Shown here: one piece after another, positions 51,095-64,000 of the stretch
Layout: every line of letters starts with the position of its first letter
How positions within the stretch are numbered: the stretch's first letter is position 1
Source of the DNA: Octopus vulgaris
Lineage: Eukaryota
Assembly (NCBI GenBank): GCA_951406725.2
Contig: OX597825.1
Location: 45,756,001 to 45,820,000 of the forward strand
DNA length: 64,000 nucleotides
Reading direction: 5' to 3'
Notes under the pieces: model-generated
The model's input: the letters and a program-made list of their open reading frames with translations, nothing else
What the model was told of the DNA's origin: nothing
Database searches by the model: none
Made by a program: the position numbers and the translations under genes

Positions 51095-51972
51095 TAGTGA
51101 AACATGGGCCGTGACTACTGAAGACATATGTAGGCTTGAAAGAAATGAAGCTAGTATGATCCGCTGGATGAGTAATGTCAGTATGCACACACAACAGAGT
51201 GTAAGCGGCCTGAGAGAAATGTTGGACATAAGAAGCATCAGATGTGATGTGCAAGAGAGACAACTGTGCTGGTATGGTCATGTGCTGTGTATAGATGAAG
51301 TGTCACCCCTTAACAGTGGAAGGGAGCCGTGGAAGAGGGAGACCTAGGAAGACATGAGATGAGGTGGTGAATCATGACTGTTGAATGATGGGTCTCACAG
51401 AGGCAATGATGAAAGACTGAGACATCTGGAGACATGCTGTGATTGAGAAGATCTAGCAAGTAAAATGAGATCACAGCCATAGCCTACACCAGTGTCAAAT
51501 AACCAGCTCATTTAAAAAGTACCTTTGAATTGTCGGGTGACATGCTGTGCTTGAGGAGACCTATTGAGTCAAGTAAAATCAAAATCGAAATCAATTCAAA
51601 TCACACTCGAATGGAAATTGTAGTTGTGGCCGATGCTAGTGCCACCTGACTAGCTCCTGTGCTGGTGGCATGCAATACAATAAGCACCATTCATGTGTGG
51701 GTTATTGCCAGTGTTGCCTGATTGGTTCCTTGTGCCAGTGGCATGTAAAAAGCACCATCCAAACGTGATTGATGCCGGTGTTGCCTGACTGGCTCCTGTG
51801 CTGGTGGCATGTAAAAAGCACCCACTACACTCTTGGAGTGGTTGGGATTAGGAAGGTCATCTGCTGTAGAAACATTGCCAGATCAGACTGGAGCCAGTTG
51901 CGGCCTCCTGGCTTGCCAGTCCCCAGTCAAACCCATGTCAGCATGGAAAATGGACGTTAAACGATGATGATA
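51095..51972 (+). mobile_element. RTE 3' end running into the (GAT)n-tailed tandem-unit repeat
   Basis: SETWAVT..RLERNEASMIRWM..WYGHV, followed directly by the 18560-type repeat. Confidence 0.75.
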
Positions 51973-51974
51973 AT

Positions 51975-52019
<45 letters not shown>

Positions 52020-52049
52020 CATGTTTGTTTGTTTGTTTTTTTTTGTTTG

Positions 52050-52262
52050 TTTTTCCAGTTTCAGCTCTTGAGCTGTGGCCATGCTGGGGCACCGCCATTG
52101 TGGTGAAAGAGTACAGCAGGGATCACCACCATCCCCTGCCGGAGCCTCGTAGAGCTTTTTAGGTGTTTTCGCTCAATAAACACACACAACGCCCGGTCTG
52201 AGAATCGAAACCGTGATCCTGCGACCGCGAGTCCGCTGCCCTAACCACTAGGCCATTGCGCC
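52050..52262 (-). mobile_element. CpG-rich tRNA-derived SINE (third family)
   Basis: ggcgcaaTGGCCTAGTGGtt (A box), GGTTTCGATTC (B box); 3' end gccccagcatggcc..gctgaaac resembles the CORE-type SINE tail. Confidence 0.8.
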
Positions 52263-52539
52263 TCTTGCGCCTCTGTATATATATTTTGCTTAGGCATTGA
52301 AAGATTCATATCCTTGTATAGAACTCTATATACATATTCTTCAGAATGAAGTGTTAGAGTATAGATCGGTAATAAGAAAATGAAATGACAAAGGAATAAA
52401 TGATTATATAATGAACTTCTTTAGCTTACAGCTGTTTCTACTATAGGATACAGTGGACTCAGAGTTGACTTCATATTCAAGGCTTTGATGAAGCTATAAG
52501 GTGTTACTCGGGTATATCTATCTGCTCAGTCGAAGTCGA

Positions 52540-52920
52540 CTCTCGGTCAGTTCTATGCTGGGCTGCTTCTTTCAGATTGGCTATGTCCATTCTGGTATCA
52601 CTCTTGATGGTGTCAAGCCAGCGGGTTCTTGGTCGGCCTCTTCCTCTCTTGCCACTGACCATTCCGAGCATGATGTCCTCCTCCAGGGATTTTCTCTGCA
52701 TAATGTGACCGAAATATGCCAATCTATGCTTGGTGATCCTAGCTTCTAGTGACATTTTTGGCCTTATCTACTTAAGAACTTCTCCATTGGTGAGCCTCGC
52801 TGTCCATGGAATCTGTAAAAGTCTTCTCCAACACCAAAGCTCGAATGCATTAATTCTCTTCTGGTCAGCTTTCTTTAGTGTCCAGGTCTCACATCCTTAT
52901 GTTGCTATTGGGAAGACAGT
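52540..52920 (-). pseudogene. RTE (BovB-like) LINE 3' fragment
   Basis: LAYFGHIMQR..SLEEDIMLG..GKRGRGRPRTRWLD. Confidence 0.8.
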
Positions 52921-53087
52921 TACTCAGGTACTCAGCTATAATTCCACTGCAGAAACAGCTATAAGCTAATGAAGTTCATAATATAATGGTTTATTCCTTT
53001 GTTATCTCATTTCTCTCTTTCTTTCTCCCACACACACACACACACATCACACATGTATGTATACACACACACACACACACATATATA

Positions 53088-54330
53088 TTGGGTTATTCCA
53101 TATACTTCTTTTATTTTTCAAAATTAAGATAAACAAAGTTCTTATTTAATCTAAAGTATACTCTCCTTTATTTTCTACAATGCTCTTCCATCTATCTGGT
53201 AGACTTGCAGGGGCCTTCTTCCAAAATTCACTTGTCCATGATGAAAAATACTCCTCCAGTATAGTTCTGACCTTGTCTACAGAATTCATATTTTTCTGTC
53301 CAAATGATTTTGAAGACTGCATAATAAATGATAATCAGGTGGGGTAATCTCTGGCAATGATGGTGGCTGGGGTATCGTTTCCCATTCAAACTGCTCAAGC
53401 TTTTGGAATGCCATTCTCATTGTATGTGGCTGAGTAGTATCCTGGTGGAAAAACACTTTTCATCTAGAAACCAAAGATGATTGTTTTTTCTTCCAGCGCT
53501 GACTTAAGCTGCTCAAGCTGCTTGCAGTAGATCTCCCTTGTTATTGTTTGGTTTGGGTTTAAAAGTTCAAAGTGGGCTAAACTTTTCATATCCCACCAAA
53601 CAGATAGCAACACCTTATAATGGGTGAAGACCTTTTTTAGCCTGGGGTGCCAGTGTTTCTCCTTTCCCTACCCACTGTCTTTGGTGCTTGACATTTTTAT
53701 AGAGAAGCCATTTCTCATCACCAATTACTATTCGGTCCAAAAAAGGTTCATTTGTGAGATGTGACAGCAAAGAAGAGCACACATTCACTCTCTGTGGGCG
53801 ATTAGACTAGGAAAGTTTGTGAGGAACCCACTGGCCCAATTTGCTGACTTTTCCGATGGCACACAGTGTCAGTGAATGGTTGAATGATCAGATCCAAGCT
53901 TCTCTGCTAGTTCCTCAACAGTTATGATGGGATTTTATTCCACTGGAGTTTACAGGGTGTCCTCGTCAAGCTCTACAGATCTTCCAGGCTGTAGTTTCTG
54001 GCTTGGAATTTCTGGAAACACCATTGACACTGGCTTACGTTTATTGTCCAATCCCCATATACTGCATTAATATTCCTTGCACTTTCTGTTGCCTTTATTG
54101 AACTCATAAAGCAAAATATGCCGAATATGCTCCTTTGTTACTTCCATTATAGATTTGAAAAAATAACTATTATAATTGTACTGTACTCTTCAAAACTTGC
54201 ACTAAGAATAAGTACAAGGTAAAATTACTATCTGCTTTTATAGCAAACTGATGCAGGTAGTTTATCCTGTCCCCCTCTGACTTTTAGTTCATGCAATTGA
54301 AAAATGCTGCATTATTTATGGGATGATCCA
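53088..54330 (-). mobile_element. Decayed mariner
   Basis: TIR remnants ttgggttattccata / tatgggatgatcca; GDEKWLLY, PPDYHLL-type remnants. Confidence 0.85.
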
Positions 54331-54414
54331 CACACACATGTATACACATACATATACACGCACACATGTATATACACAAACACATATCCACACATGTTTG
54401 TGTACAGATACATA

Positions 54415-55688
54415 CGAGGGGCGTTCAATAAGTAATGCCCCTGATCCACTTCCCATAGCAGTAGAGCAACGAAACTTGGCACAGTTATTAGTCTTTTTCT
54501 ACATAGGAACAACCCAGAGTTACGCATTTCTCCCATCTTTTGATGCAGCTCTGGAGACCGTTTTTGTAGAAGACCCCAGCTTGGTCCTCCAGCCACGACG
54601 TGACTTCAGAAATCAAGGCTGCATCATCTGGGAAACGCTTTCCTTTCAAAAACAACTTCATGGCTGGGAAGAGGTAAAAATCAGAGGGTGCAAGGTCAGG
54701 AGAGTAGGGGGATGGGGGAAGAGTTCATAGCCGCACACCTGTGCTTCTGATCTGGCGACACGCGAGTTGTGAACCGGAGCGTTGTCCTGCAAGAGGAGGA
54801 TGCCTTTGCTGATCTTGCCCGGCTCTTGAGTTTGATAGCTTCTCTTAATTTCCTCAAAAGTGAAGCATGATAGGCTCCTGTAATTGTGGCACCCTTTGCC
54901 AGGAAATCTGTCATCAGTACTCCGTCCTGGTCCCAGAAGACTGTGAGCATGACCTTGCCAGCGGAGGGCTGCACCCTTACCTTCTTTGGAGGAGGTGAGT
55001 CATGGTGCTTCCACTGCATTGACTGGGCTTTGGTCTCTGGATCATAGTGATGGACCCAGGTCTCATCCTGTGTAATCAGTCTTTTGAAAAATTTTGACTC
55101 ATCTTCTTGGCACATCCCTAAATTCATCCTCGAGCACTCGACGCGTTCTTGCTTCTGGAAAAGTGTGAGCAACCTGGGAATCCATCTGGCAGACACCTTT
55201 TGCATATGCAAATGGTTATGAATGATAGTTTCCACAGACCCGGTACTAATCTTGACCTCATGGGCTATTTGGCGAATAGTTATGCGTTGATCTTTCAAAA
55301 TGGCAGCCTCAACTTGACAGACAGATGCCTCATCAATGGCAGAAGGGGTGCGACCAGATCTGGGAGCTGTTTCCACAGAGTTCACGATGCCAGCGTTTTA
55401 CAAGGTCATATGATGGGGCATCATCACCATAAGTTACTTTCATTTCATCAAAAGTCTCCTGTGGTGTGCATCATTTCAAATACAAAAACCGGATCACTGC
55501 TCGACACTCAACAGGCTCCATTTACCACTTGACTCAGTTCAAACACCTGTAAATCAGAAACCACAATTAGTTCGGAGCTGTAATTTGCCACGTAATCTAT
55601 AGAAATATAAATAATTGCACATGCAAAATTTCAGCTAGATCAAACAATGGCAAGTGGGTCAGAGGCATTACTTATTGAACGCCCCTCG
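54415..55688 (-). mobile_element. Full-length mariner (frameshifted transposase)
   Basis: TA-flanked TIRs cgaggggcgttcaataagtaatgcc; WIPRLL, TQDETWVHHYDPE, LQDNAP. Confidence 0.94.
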
Positions 55689-55937
55689 TACATACACATA
55701 TGTGTATGCACTTTCAAACAACTGTGCATGCTAGTATAGATACATCCATATGGATAGATGTGTGCTTGCATGTACACATACAATGCACAAAAATGTTCCT
55801 GAGTGCATGAACACCTACACCCAGATATGTGCATTGACACAAATGCACCCATGAGTATTATAGAGTGCATGAAATGCATATATATGTGATTATATAAATA
55901 TATTTAATGTGTATGTGTTTACACACACACACACACA

Positions 55938-56110
55938 CGAGGTGGTGCTGAAAATTATAGGATGATCAGTTAATTATGATTTTACTCAATATATTCCCCC
56001 TCATAGATTCATACACTTACTGCAGTGGTCCTTCAGTCTTTCTAAGCCCTATAAAAGAACTCAGTTCTTTCACAATACCCTTGAAGAAAGGAACTTTTCA
56101 ATAGCCCCTT
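55938..56110. mobile_element. Short mariner-type MITE remnant
   Basis: cgaggtggtgctgaaaa ... ttttcaatagccccttg|ta. Confidence 0.5.
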
Positions 56111-56496
56111 GTATATATAGGGATGGGTGGGCAAAATGTGTGACTTTTGATTCCTCATTTTTTTCTTACATGTTTGAAATTGTTACATTGCAAGTATTGC
56201 ATCATCTTTAGGAATCAAAATTGGTCAGCATAGTTGTTGTTGTTGAAGGTGAGGGAGTCCAAAACATAGTCAGGTACCAGGTCCTCTTTTCTCAAGAAAT
56301 TTTCCCTCAACTTTGCCCCGATTGTAATAAAATATCTGGATAAATTTTGGTGTTTAACAATCAATTTTCTTGAATTACAAGTCAATTTTACCCTACACTG
56401 ACGCCTAATTTGATAATTTTCCAGTTTCAAAAAATGATGTCTAAAATGGGGTAAAATGAGTAATGACAAATTTCAATAGTCTCTTCTCTTTAACTG

Positions 56497-56539
<43 letters not shown>

Positions 56540-57030
56540 GTTTAACGTCCGTTTTCCGCGCTAGCACGGGTTGGACGGTTCGACCGGGGTCTGGGAAGCC
56601 AGGGGCTGCTCCAGGCTCCAGTCTGATCTGGCAGAGTTTCTACGGCTGGATGCCCTTCCTAACGCCAACCACTCCGCGAGTGTAGTGGGTGCTTTATACG
56701 TGCCACCTGCACAGGTGCCAGGGGGCGTCCGGCATCAGTCACGATCGGTAGGAGCTTTTAACGTGCCAGCGGAACGGAAGCCAGCCAAGGCGGCGCTGGC
56801 AACATTCGGATGGTCTTTTTATGTGCCACCGGCACAGGAGCCAGTCAGGGCGGCGCTGGCATCGGCCACGTTCGGATGGTGCTTTTTATGTGCCACCGGC
56901 ACAGAAGCCAGTCGGGGCGGCGCTGGCATCGGCCACATTCGGATAGTGCTTTTTATGTGCCACCGGCACAGGCATCACAACTACTATTTCCATTGATATT
57001 TATTTCGATGTTCATGTTCATGTACTTGAC
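56497..57030 (-). mobile_element. Young SINE-like repeat with ~55-bp tandem units and (GAT)n tail
   Basis: CpG-rich inverse copy of the 18560 family; (CAT)n at 56497-56539. Confidence 0.8.
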
Positions 57031-58769
57031 TGAGAACATGAGTGTGTTTGTATATAGACACATGGACATGTTCTTTCATTGCATGTACATTTGTGCATGC
57101 ATTAGAAATGATGCATACATATGTCTGGGTATTCGTGCATACATGTGTATCTCAATACACACTTACAATAAGCATGAACATGATGATCATGTATGCATGT
57201 ATATCCGTTGCAATAAATACATGTGCATGCGTGAGAGAATCGTATGTGGATGCTTGTGTATTTGTGAGCAAACTTTCATATATTATATGAATGGGGTTGG
57301 GGGGAAACCCTGTTAAAATGAGTAACTTTTGATTTCTCGTTATTTTCTCCCAATCTATTTGAAATTATTACATTGCAAATATTGCATCATGATTTTGTAC
57401 TATTGCATCATACTTAGGAGTAAAAATTGGTCAGCATAGTTGTTGAAATTGAAAGAGTTTGGAACATAGTCAGGTGACAGATCTTTTTTCAAGAAATTTT
57501 TCCTCAACTTTAATCCAATTGTAATTGAGGTTGATAATGAAATAACTGGACACTTTTTGGTGTTTAGCAATCAATATTCTTTTCTCTGTTGGATTCCAAG
57601 TCAATATTTTCCCACACTAATGTCTAACTTGATAATTTTCAAGTTTCAAAAAATGATGTGTAAAATGGGGTAAAATGAGTAATGATGGAGTGTAAATATA
57701 TTATGAAGAGGACACTCCAGTAGATCGTAAAGAAGTTATAGACAATATTTTATGTTGATTTTTTTTTATTTAGTCTAGTCTCATTAATTTTATATCATGT
57801 GCCATATTTCCCTGGTCTTCTTTCATTTCACCTAGATATTTAATTTTTTTTTCTGATCTTTCTTATATCTAGGTATGGATATTGATGTATATGAGTCTGT
57901 TTTCTGGAGAATTGAAGTGGCAAATTTACATTATCTTGTCTTGGTCATTTTGCCTCAACCAAATTTTTCTTTTATATGCTGAAAGAGAACAGTGATAATT
58001 TTTAGAAATGGTGATCAGATTATGGTATAATGCTTTTAATGCATTTAGGGAAGGCCATTTACTTAGCTGATATAGATTTTATAAGGTAGTGAACATCTGT
58101 ATATAAAAGATATTTGTCTCAAAGTCAAACATAAACTAAAAATACCTAATTTTGCCTCATACCCACCCACTATATTTAGGCAAGCATTTGTGTGTGTATC
58201 TATGTCCATGTATGTATATATGTGGATGTATGAGTTTGTATGGTCACCTGCATGCATGTGCATGTGCAATTTCTTGTATTGCGTGTTCACATCTATACAT
58301 GTGCATAACTCCTATGTGTGCATTTATATCTGTGTCAATACAAGCATATATATATGTGCATGTATTCATGCAGAAAGTATGGATGTATGAACCTACACTC
58401 TCATCCAGTATGTGTGTATAGGTATTCACACATGCACACAGAGATATATATATGTGTGTGTGACCTCGTATGTGTATCTGTTTGCAATTTTGTGAGAATG
58501 TATACACAATTGCACTGTCTTGCATTTCATGCACTCTGTAATATTGTATGGATGCAATTTGTGTCAATGCACATATCTGGGTGTGGGTGTTCATGTGAGT
58601 GTGAATGTACTTGTGTACATTTTAGTGCATTGTATGTGTACATGTGTGCATACAATACCTATATTGGCATGTACACATGCATGCAGTTGTTTGAAAGTGC
58701 ATGCACATAGGTGTGTGTGTGTATGTATGTATGGGTATCTGTGTATGTGTCTATATCTATATGTATGTA

Positions 58770-59165
58770 TGTAAACTTGCTTCCCAACTACATGGTTCTG
58801 GGTTCAGTCCCACTGTGTGGTACTTTGGGAAAGTATCTTCTATTATAGTCTCAGGCCAACCAAAGCCTTGTGAGTGGATTTGGTAGATAGAAACTGAAAG
58901 ACGTTCATGGTATATATATGTGTGTGTGCATGTCCATATATGTGTGTCTTTATTTGTCTTTGTTTCCCACCACTGCTTCACAACCGGTGCTTGTTTGTTT
59001 ACGTCCTCATAACTTAGTTGTTCGGTCAAAGAGACTGATAAAATGAGTCCTAGGCTTAAAAAAAGTCCTGGGGTCGAATTGTTAAATTAAAATCCCTTCA
59101 AGACAGTGCTCCAGCACAGCCACAGTCAGATGACTAAAACAAGTAAAGGATGAAAGATAAAAAAG
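58770..59165 (+). mobile_element. tRNA/CORE-type SINE
   Basis: Homology to 16247-16650. Confidence 0.8.
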
Positions 59166-59171
59166 ATATGT

Positions 59172-59560
59172 ATCATCATCATTAACATCGTTTAACGTCC
59201 GCTTTCCATGCTAGCATGGGTTGGATGATTTTTACTGAGGGCTGGCGAACCAGATGGCTGCACCAGGCTCCAATCTTGATTTGGCAGAGTTTCTACAGCT
59301 GGCATGGAATCTGGTTAGCCGCTCTGTCAATGATCATGCTCGTATGGTGCTCTTTGCACCCTGCTAGCACGGACGCTAGTCACCGAATTTGGTTTTGATT
59401 TTGCTTTTGATTGATTTCACTTGCCTCAACAGGTCTTCACAAGCAGAGTTTTAGTGTCCAAAGAAGGAAAAGGTATGCATAAGTGGGCTGGTTACACACA
59501 TAGGCCATGAGATTATGGTTTCATTTGGCTTGCTGGGTCTTCTCACACAGCTTGGTCTTC
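59172..59560 (-). mobile_element. (GAT)n-tailed SINE-like repeat
   Basis: Inverse homology to 41690-42282. Confidence 0.7.
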
Positions 59561-59612
59561 TCATGCAACCGGGTCTTCTCAATAGAATTCAAAATGTGTT
59601 TATATATGTATA

Positions 59613-59950
59613 TCTATATATATAAAACTGAGAATGTGTGTCTGTCTGTCTGTGTGAATCCTAAAACTTCAGAAATACACAACCAATTTCATTGAAATTT
59701 TACACATGCCTTACTTAGGGTCATGGGCCAAAAAATTTTTAACTTCTTGCCTAAGGTGAGCCTACAGCAATATCATATCTTCTCCACTGTTTAAGTATTA
59801 CGTGTTAAAAGTGAAACAAAAACATCTCTCTATTGTAATGTCAGAGGCTTTCACTATTAAAGTGAAACTATTATATTAGAGGGTTGAACCATTAACAGTG
59901 GTCATCCATTTTGATAGAAGATCTGCTATGCTCTTATATGCTACACCACT
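59613..59950 (+). mobile_element. Non-autonomous Helitron 5' part
   Basis: a|TCtatatatataaaactgagaatgtg followed by (tctg)n, typical of Helitron 5' ends. Confidence 0.55.
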
Positions 59951-60015
59951 GGTTTTCAATTCATATTAATCAAATTACTATTCAAATTTTCTCCCTTATT
60001 ATTTAAATTTAAATT

Positions 60016-60055
<40 letters not shown>

Positions 60056-60101
60056 TGTATACATATAGATGTATATATATATAGATGTATATATATGGAT
60101 G

Positions 60102-60165
<64 letters not shown>

Positions 60166-60450
60166 TATATAAAAGTAAATAAATGGCACAACGAAGCACC
60201 GATATTTACTGGAAAATAGCGAACGTAATAAATATGACGCTAATGTATAGCTTCACTGCGTATGTTACTAGTAAAGATGCGTGTGTGCAACAAACATGAA
60301 AAAAATTGTCTTACCTCTAGGAAGAACATCTGAAAAATGAAAAACCTAGAAACGGATAATGCAGTACTGGTTTCAGACTCTTCAAAATACGTTTGCCAAC
60401 GTATATTTGATTTGTCTTCATATATATACATGTATATATATATGGATGTG

Positions 60451-60501
<51 letters not shown>

Positions 60502-60705
60502 ATATGTAGATGTATATGTATACATGTATATGTATAGCTGTATATGTATACATCTATATGTATACATGTATATGTATAGATGTATATGTATACATGTATG
60601 TGTAGGTGTATATAATATAGATGTACATGTCATATGTACACATATATATAAACATATATACATGCGTACATATATACACCCATACACACACACACATACA
60701 TACAT

Positions 60706-61112
60706 AGGTGCAGGTGTGGCTGTGTGGTAACAAACTTGGTTCCAAAGCACATGGTCCTCAGTTCAGTCCCACTGTGTGGTAACTTTGCATGTGTCTTCTG
60801 CTATAGCCTCAGACCAACCAAAGCCTTATCAGTGGATTTTGTAGAGAGAAACTGAAAGAAATCAATTGTATATATATGTATGTATACATGTAAGTCTATG
60901 TGTGTGCCTTTGTGTTTCTCCCTCATCACTGCTTCACAACTGGTGTTCGTTTATTTACATCCCCAGAACTTAGTGGTTTCACAAGAAGAAACTGATAGAA
61001 TAAGTACCAAGCTTATCAAAATAAAAAAAAAACACTAGGCAGTGTCTCATATTTTTGTTTGCCCACTCAGTTGTATCTATCCATTTATCTTTGTGTGTGT
61101 GTGTGTGTGTAA

Positions 61113-61148
<36 letters not shown>

Positions 61149-61420
61149 GGATTTTGTAGACAGGAACTGAAACAATTCAATTGTATATATATATATGTAT
61201 GTATATATGTAAGTGTATGTGTGTGTCTTTGTCTCTGTGTTTTGCCCTCATCACTGCTCCACAACCGCTGTTCATTTATTTACATCCCCATTACTTACTG
61301 GTTTCACAAGAACAAACTCATAGAATACATACCAGGCTTATCAACCTAAAATAAGCACTAGGCTGTGTCTCATATTTTTGTTTGCCCACTCAGTTGTACC
61401 TATCAATTCCTCTTTGTATG
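60706..61420 (+). mobile_element. tRNA/CORE-type SINE plus partial tandem duplicate
   Basis: SINE at 60706-~61030; its 3' half and flank are repeated at ~61149-61420. Confidence 0.7.
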
Positions 61421-61450
61421 TGTGTGTGTGTGTATATCTATATCTCTATC

Positions 61451-61570
<120 letters not shown>

Positions 61571-61744
61571 TAAGAAAGTTTGTTTGTGAAAGCACGTGGG
61601 TGAATATATAAGAAAATAGTAAAGAGTGAAAAAATGACAGAAAGCTTAAATGTTAAAGAATATATATATGTGCGTCAATATGTCTGGAGAATATTGGAAA
61701 CATTTTTTTTCCCTCCTTATAATGACATAATTTTATAATTTTTA

Positions 61745-61783
61745 AAGAAAGACCGGTTTCGCATTTAGCTCTTCAAATTTCTT
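61745..61783 (-). ncRNA. Hammerhead ribozyme motif (U3-G8 core) in PLE C pLTR
   Basis: aagaaa(t)-TTGAAGA-gc(taaat)gc-GAA-ACCGGT-C-tttctt. Confidence 0.6.
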
Positions 61784-63400
61784 GCGACGTAATGTTTATC
61801 TTTAATAGCGTTATCCTTGTGTTTTTGCTACGGAGAGTTCTAAATAAGGGAAGGTAGTGCGTGATTTCTTCCGGTGTAAGGGAGATAATCGCTTAAAAAA
61901 TTTTTTTCCTTTTTCTCTTAGTGTGAATTTCTCTGTATTATTATGTTTGGATAGTTGAGTCTGGGTTTGTACTTTTCAATGAAGAATGTTTCCTTGTATA
62001 GTCTAATTTGTGTTGATGATCCGAAAGCACATTGGTAAAATGGAAAGATTAAAAATTGTGGTTGTAGTTGCTTTGCGCATTTCTCAATGTGCTCACTAAA
62101 AGGTATCATTCTATATTCTGGGAATGCAATCTGTTGTCGAGGGACAGAAATTTAAAGAGGGACAGAAATTCAAGATCAAATCTAACTTTACTTGTGCCTC
62201 TGAAAACATAATTTATGTGATAAAATGCTCGGGCTGCCACCAAGACTACGTGGGGTCCACGGGACTATCACTCAGACGTAGATGCACACTGCATCGACAA
62301 CAGATTGCATTCCCAGAATATAGAATGATACCTTTTAGTGAGCACATTGAGAAATGCGCAAAGCAACTACAACCACAATTTTTAATCTTTCCATTTTACC
62401 AATGTGCTTTCGGATCATCAACACAAATTAGACTATACAAGGAAACATTCTTCATTGAAAAGTACAAACCCAGACTCAACTATCCAAACATAATAATACA
62501 GAGAAATTCACACTAAGAGAAAAAGAAAAAAAAATTTTTTTAAGTGATTATCTCCCTTACACCGGAAGAAATCACGCACTACCTTCCCTTATTTAGAACT
62601 CTCCGTAGCAAAAACACAAGGATAACGCTATTAAAGATAAACATTACATCGCAAGAAATTTGAAGAGCTCTTCCGGACAATTTTTACTTAAAAAAGGCAG
62701 CCCCATCATTTGCTCTCTCATTCATTCATCTAGCACCCGAGCGCAGATAAGTTTGAATGCTTATTTATTTTCACTTCTCGATCGATCATACATGCTTTCT
62801 TATCTATCTAACTATTTTTATCTAATTTCTCTATCTAATTATTTTAACTAATTTATCCATTTCTCCTCTCGACTATTTAACTAATTTATCCATTTCTCCT
62901 CTCGACTATAATCCGCCATCTTGAAGCCTGTTCCTTTAATACACTTCCGCCTTGTCCAAAAATTCCTCTTCCGGACAATTTTTACTTAAAAAAGGCAGCC
63001 CCATCATTTGCTCTCTCATTCATTCATCTAGCACCCGAGCGCAGATAAGTTTGAATGCTTATTTATTTCACTTCTCGATCGATCATACATGCTTTCTTAT
63101 CTATCTAACTATTTTTATCTAATTTCTCTATAATCAACCATCGTGTATTCGCGGTGCACCCGCCCTGCCCACCCCCACCACCAATACCGGATATCTCTAT
63201 ATTTTTGCTCCATCTATACCGGATGTCGCTTCTCCCACCACCATTATAGGTGTCTACTCTTCGAACCCCTCTTCAATACGCTATTTCACCATGCATTACC
63301 CCTCTCTTGATATCCTACGTTCTACTTGCCTAGAACCTGTCATCATTTCTCTGAACCACCCCTCCCCACTGGTGCTCCCCAATATTTCTGCACCCCCCCC

Positions 63401-63633
63401 CACATAAAAAGCACCATCTGAACGTGGCCGATGCCAGACCCCTCTGGCACCTGTGCAGGTGGCACGTAAAAAACACCCACTACACTCGCAGAGTGGTTGG
63501 CGTTAGGAAGGGCATCCAGCTGTAGAAACACTGCCAGACTAGACTGGAGCCTGGGGCAGTCCCTAGCTCCCCAGACCCCGGTCGAAACCGTCCGGAAAAC
63601 GGACGTTAAACGATGATGATGATGATGATGATG
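63401..63633 (+). mobile_element. (GAT)n-tailed SINE-like repeat, 3' part
   Basis: Same family as 18560 and 56497. Confidence 0.8.
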
Positions 63634-64000
63634 AAATGCGAAACCGGTCTTTCTTTAAAAATTATAAAATTATGTCATTATAAGGAGGGAAAAAAAAATT
63701 TTCCAATATTCTCCAGACATATTGACGCAAATATATATATTCTTTAACATTTAAGCCTTCTGTCGTTTTTTCACTCTTTACTATTTTCTTAGCTGTGGCT
63801 TCTAGCTCGCTCTGATACTGAGTTGAGTTGGTGCCTTCTAGTATCTCAAAATTCAATATTCAATCATTCATGATTGTTTGTATCGTGCGCTGATGAGAGA
63901 AGAAGTCTGGGTAAGGTAGAATTATCTAATTCTTATGCTTTCCTAAGACTTGATCTCGAAACGTACGTCCGTAGGTGACTTAAAACTGTATGATAGATTG

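Noticed and set aside
52190-52262. tRNA gene
   Set aside because: A and B boxes are present, but the sequence continues into a SINE body and tail without a clean acceptor stem or terminator
56690-56975. Regularly spaced repeats resembling a CRISPR array (also 18640-18850, 19790-20040)
   Set aside because: Whole units including the 'spacers' are homologous, there are no cas genes, and the context is a eukaryotic repeat
63792-64000. Minus-strand peptide NFEILEG..QSELEA resembling a GIY-YIG C-terminus
   Set aside because: Too short, has stops, and is truncated by the window edge

Overview
AT-rich metazoan DNA made almost entirely of transposable elements and microsatellites. The SINE families and repeat content resemble an octopus genome; this is an inference. 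No host protein-coding exon can be supported. Contents: four recognisable Penelope-like elements (PLEs A-D) plus older PLE remnants, many with minimal hammerhead ribozyme (HHR) motifs; one IR/DR Tc1 and several mariners; L1/Tx1, RTE and R4/Dong LINEs; a Helitron split by a SINE and a solo LTR; a hAT remnant; a Merlin-like MITE; a probable Crypton-like deletion derivative; many tRNA-derived SINEs. Most notable: (i) a near full-length PLE with a Ulp1/SENP-like cysteine protease domain inside its RT-GIY-YIG ORF; (ii) a PLE fold-back whose ~2 kb inverted arms extend into the neighbouring target DNA, with templated junction fillers; (iii) HHR cores with U3-A8 covariation in three unrelated PLE families; (iv) a 209-bp-arm fold-back with no visible mismatches in otherwise decayed DNA.
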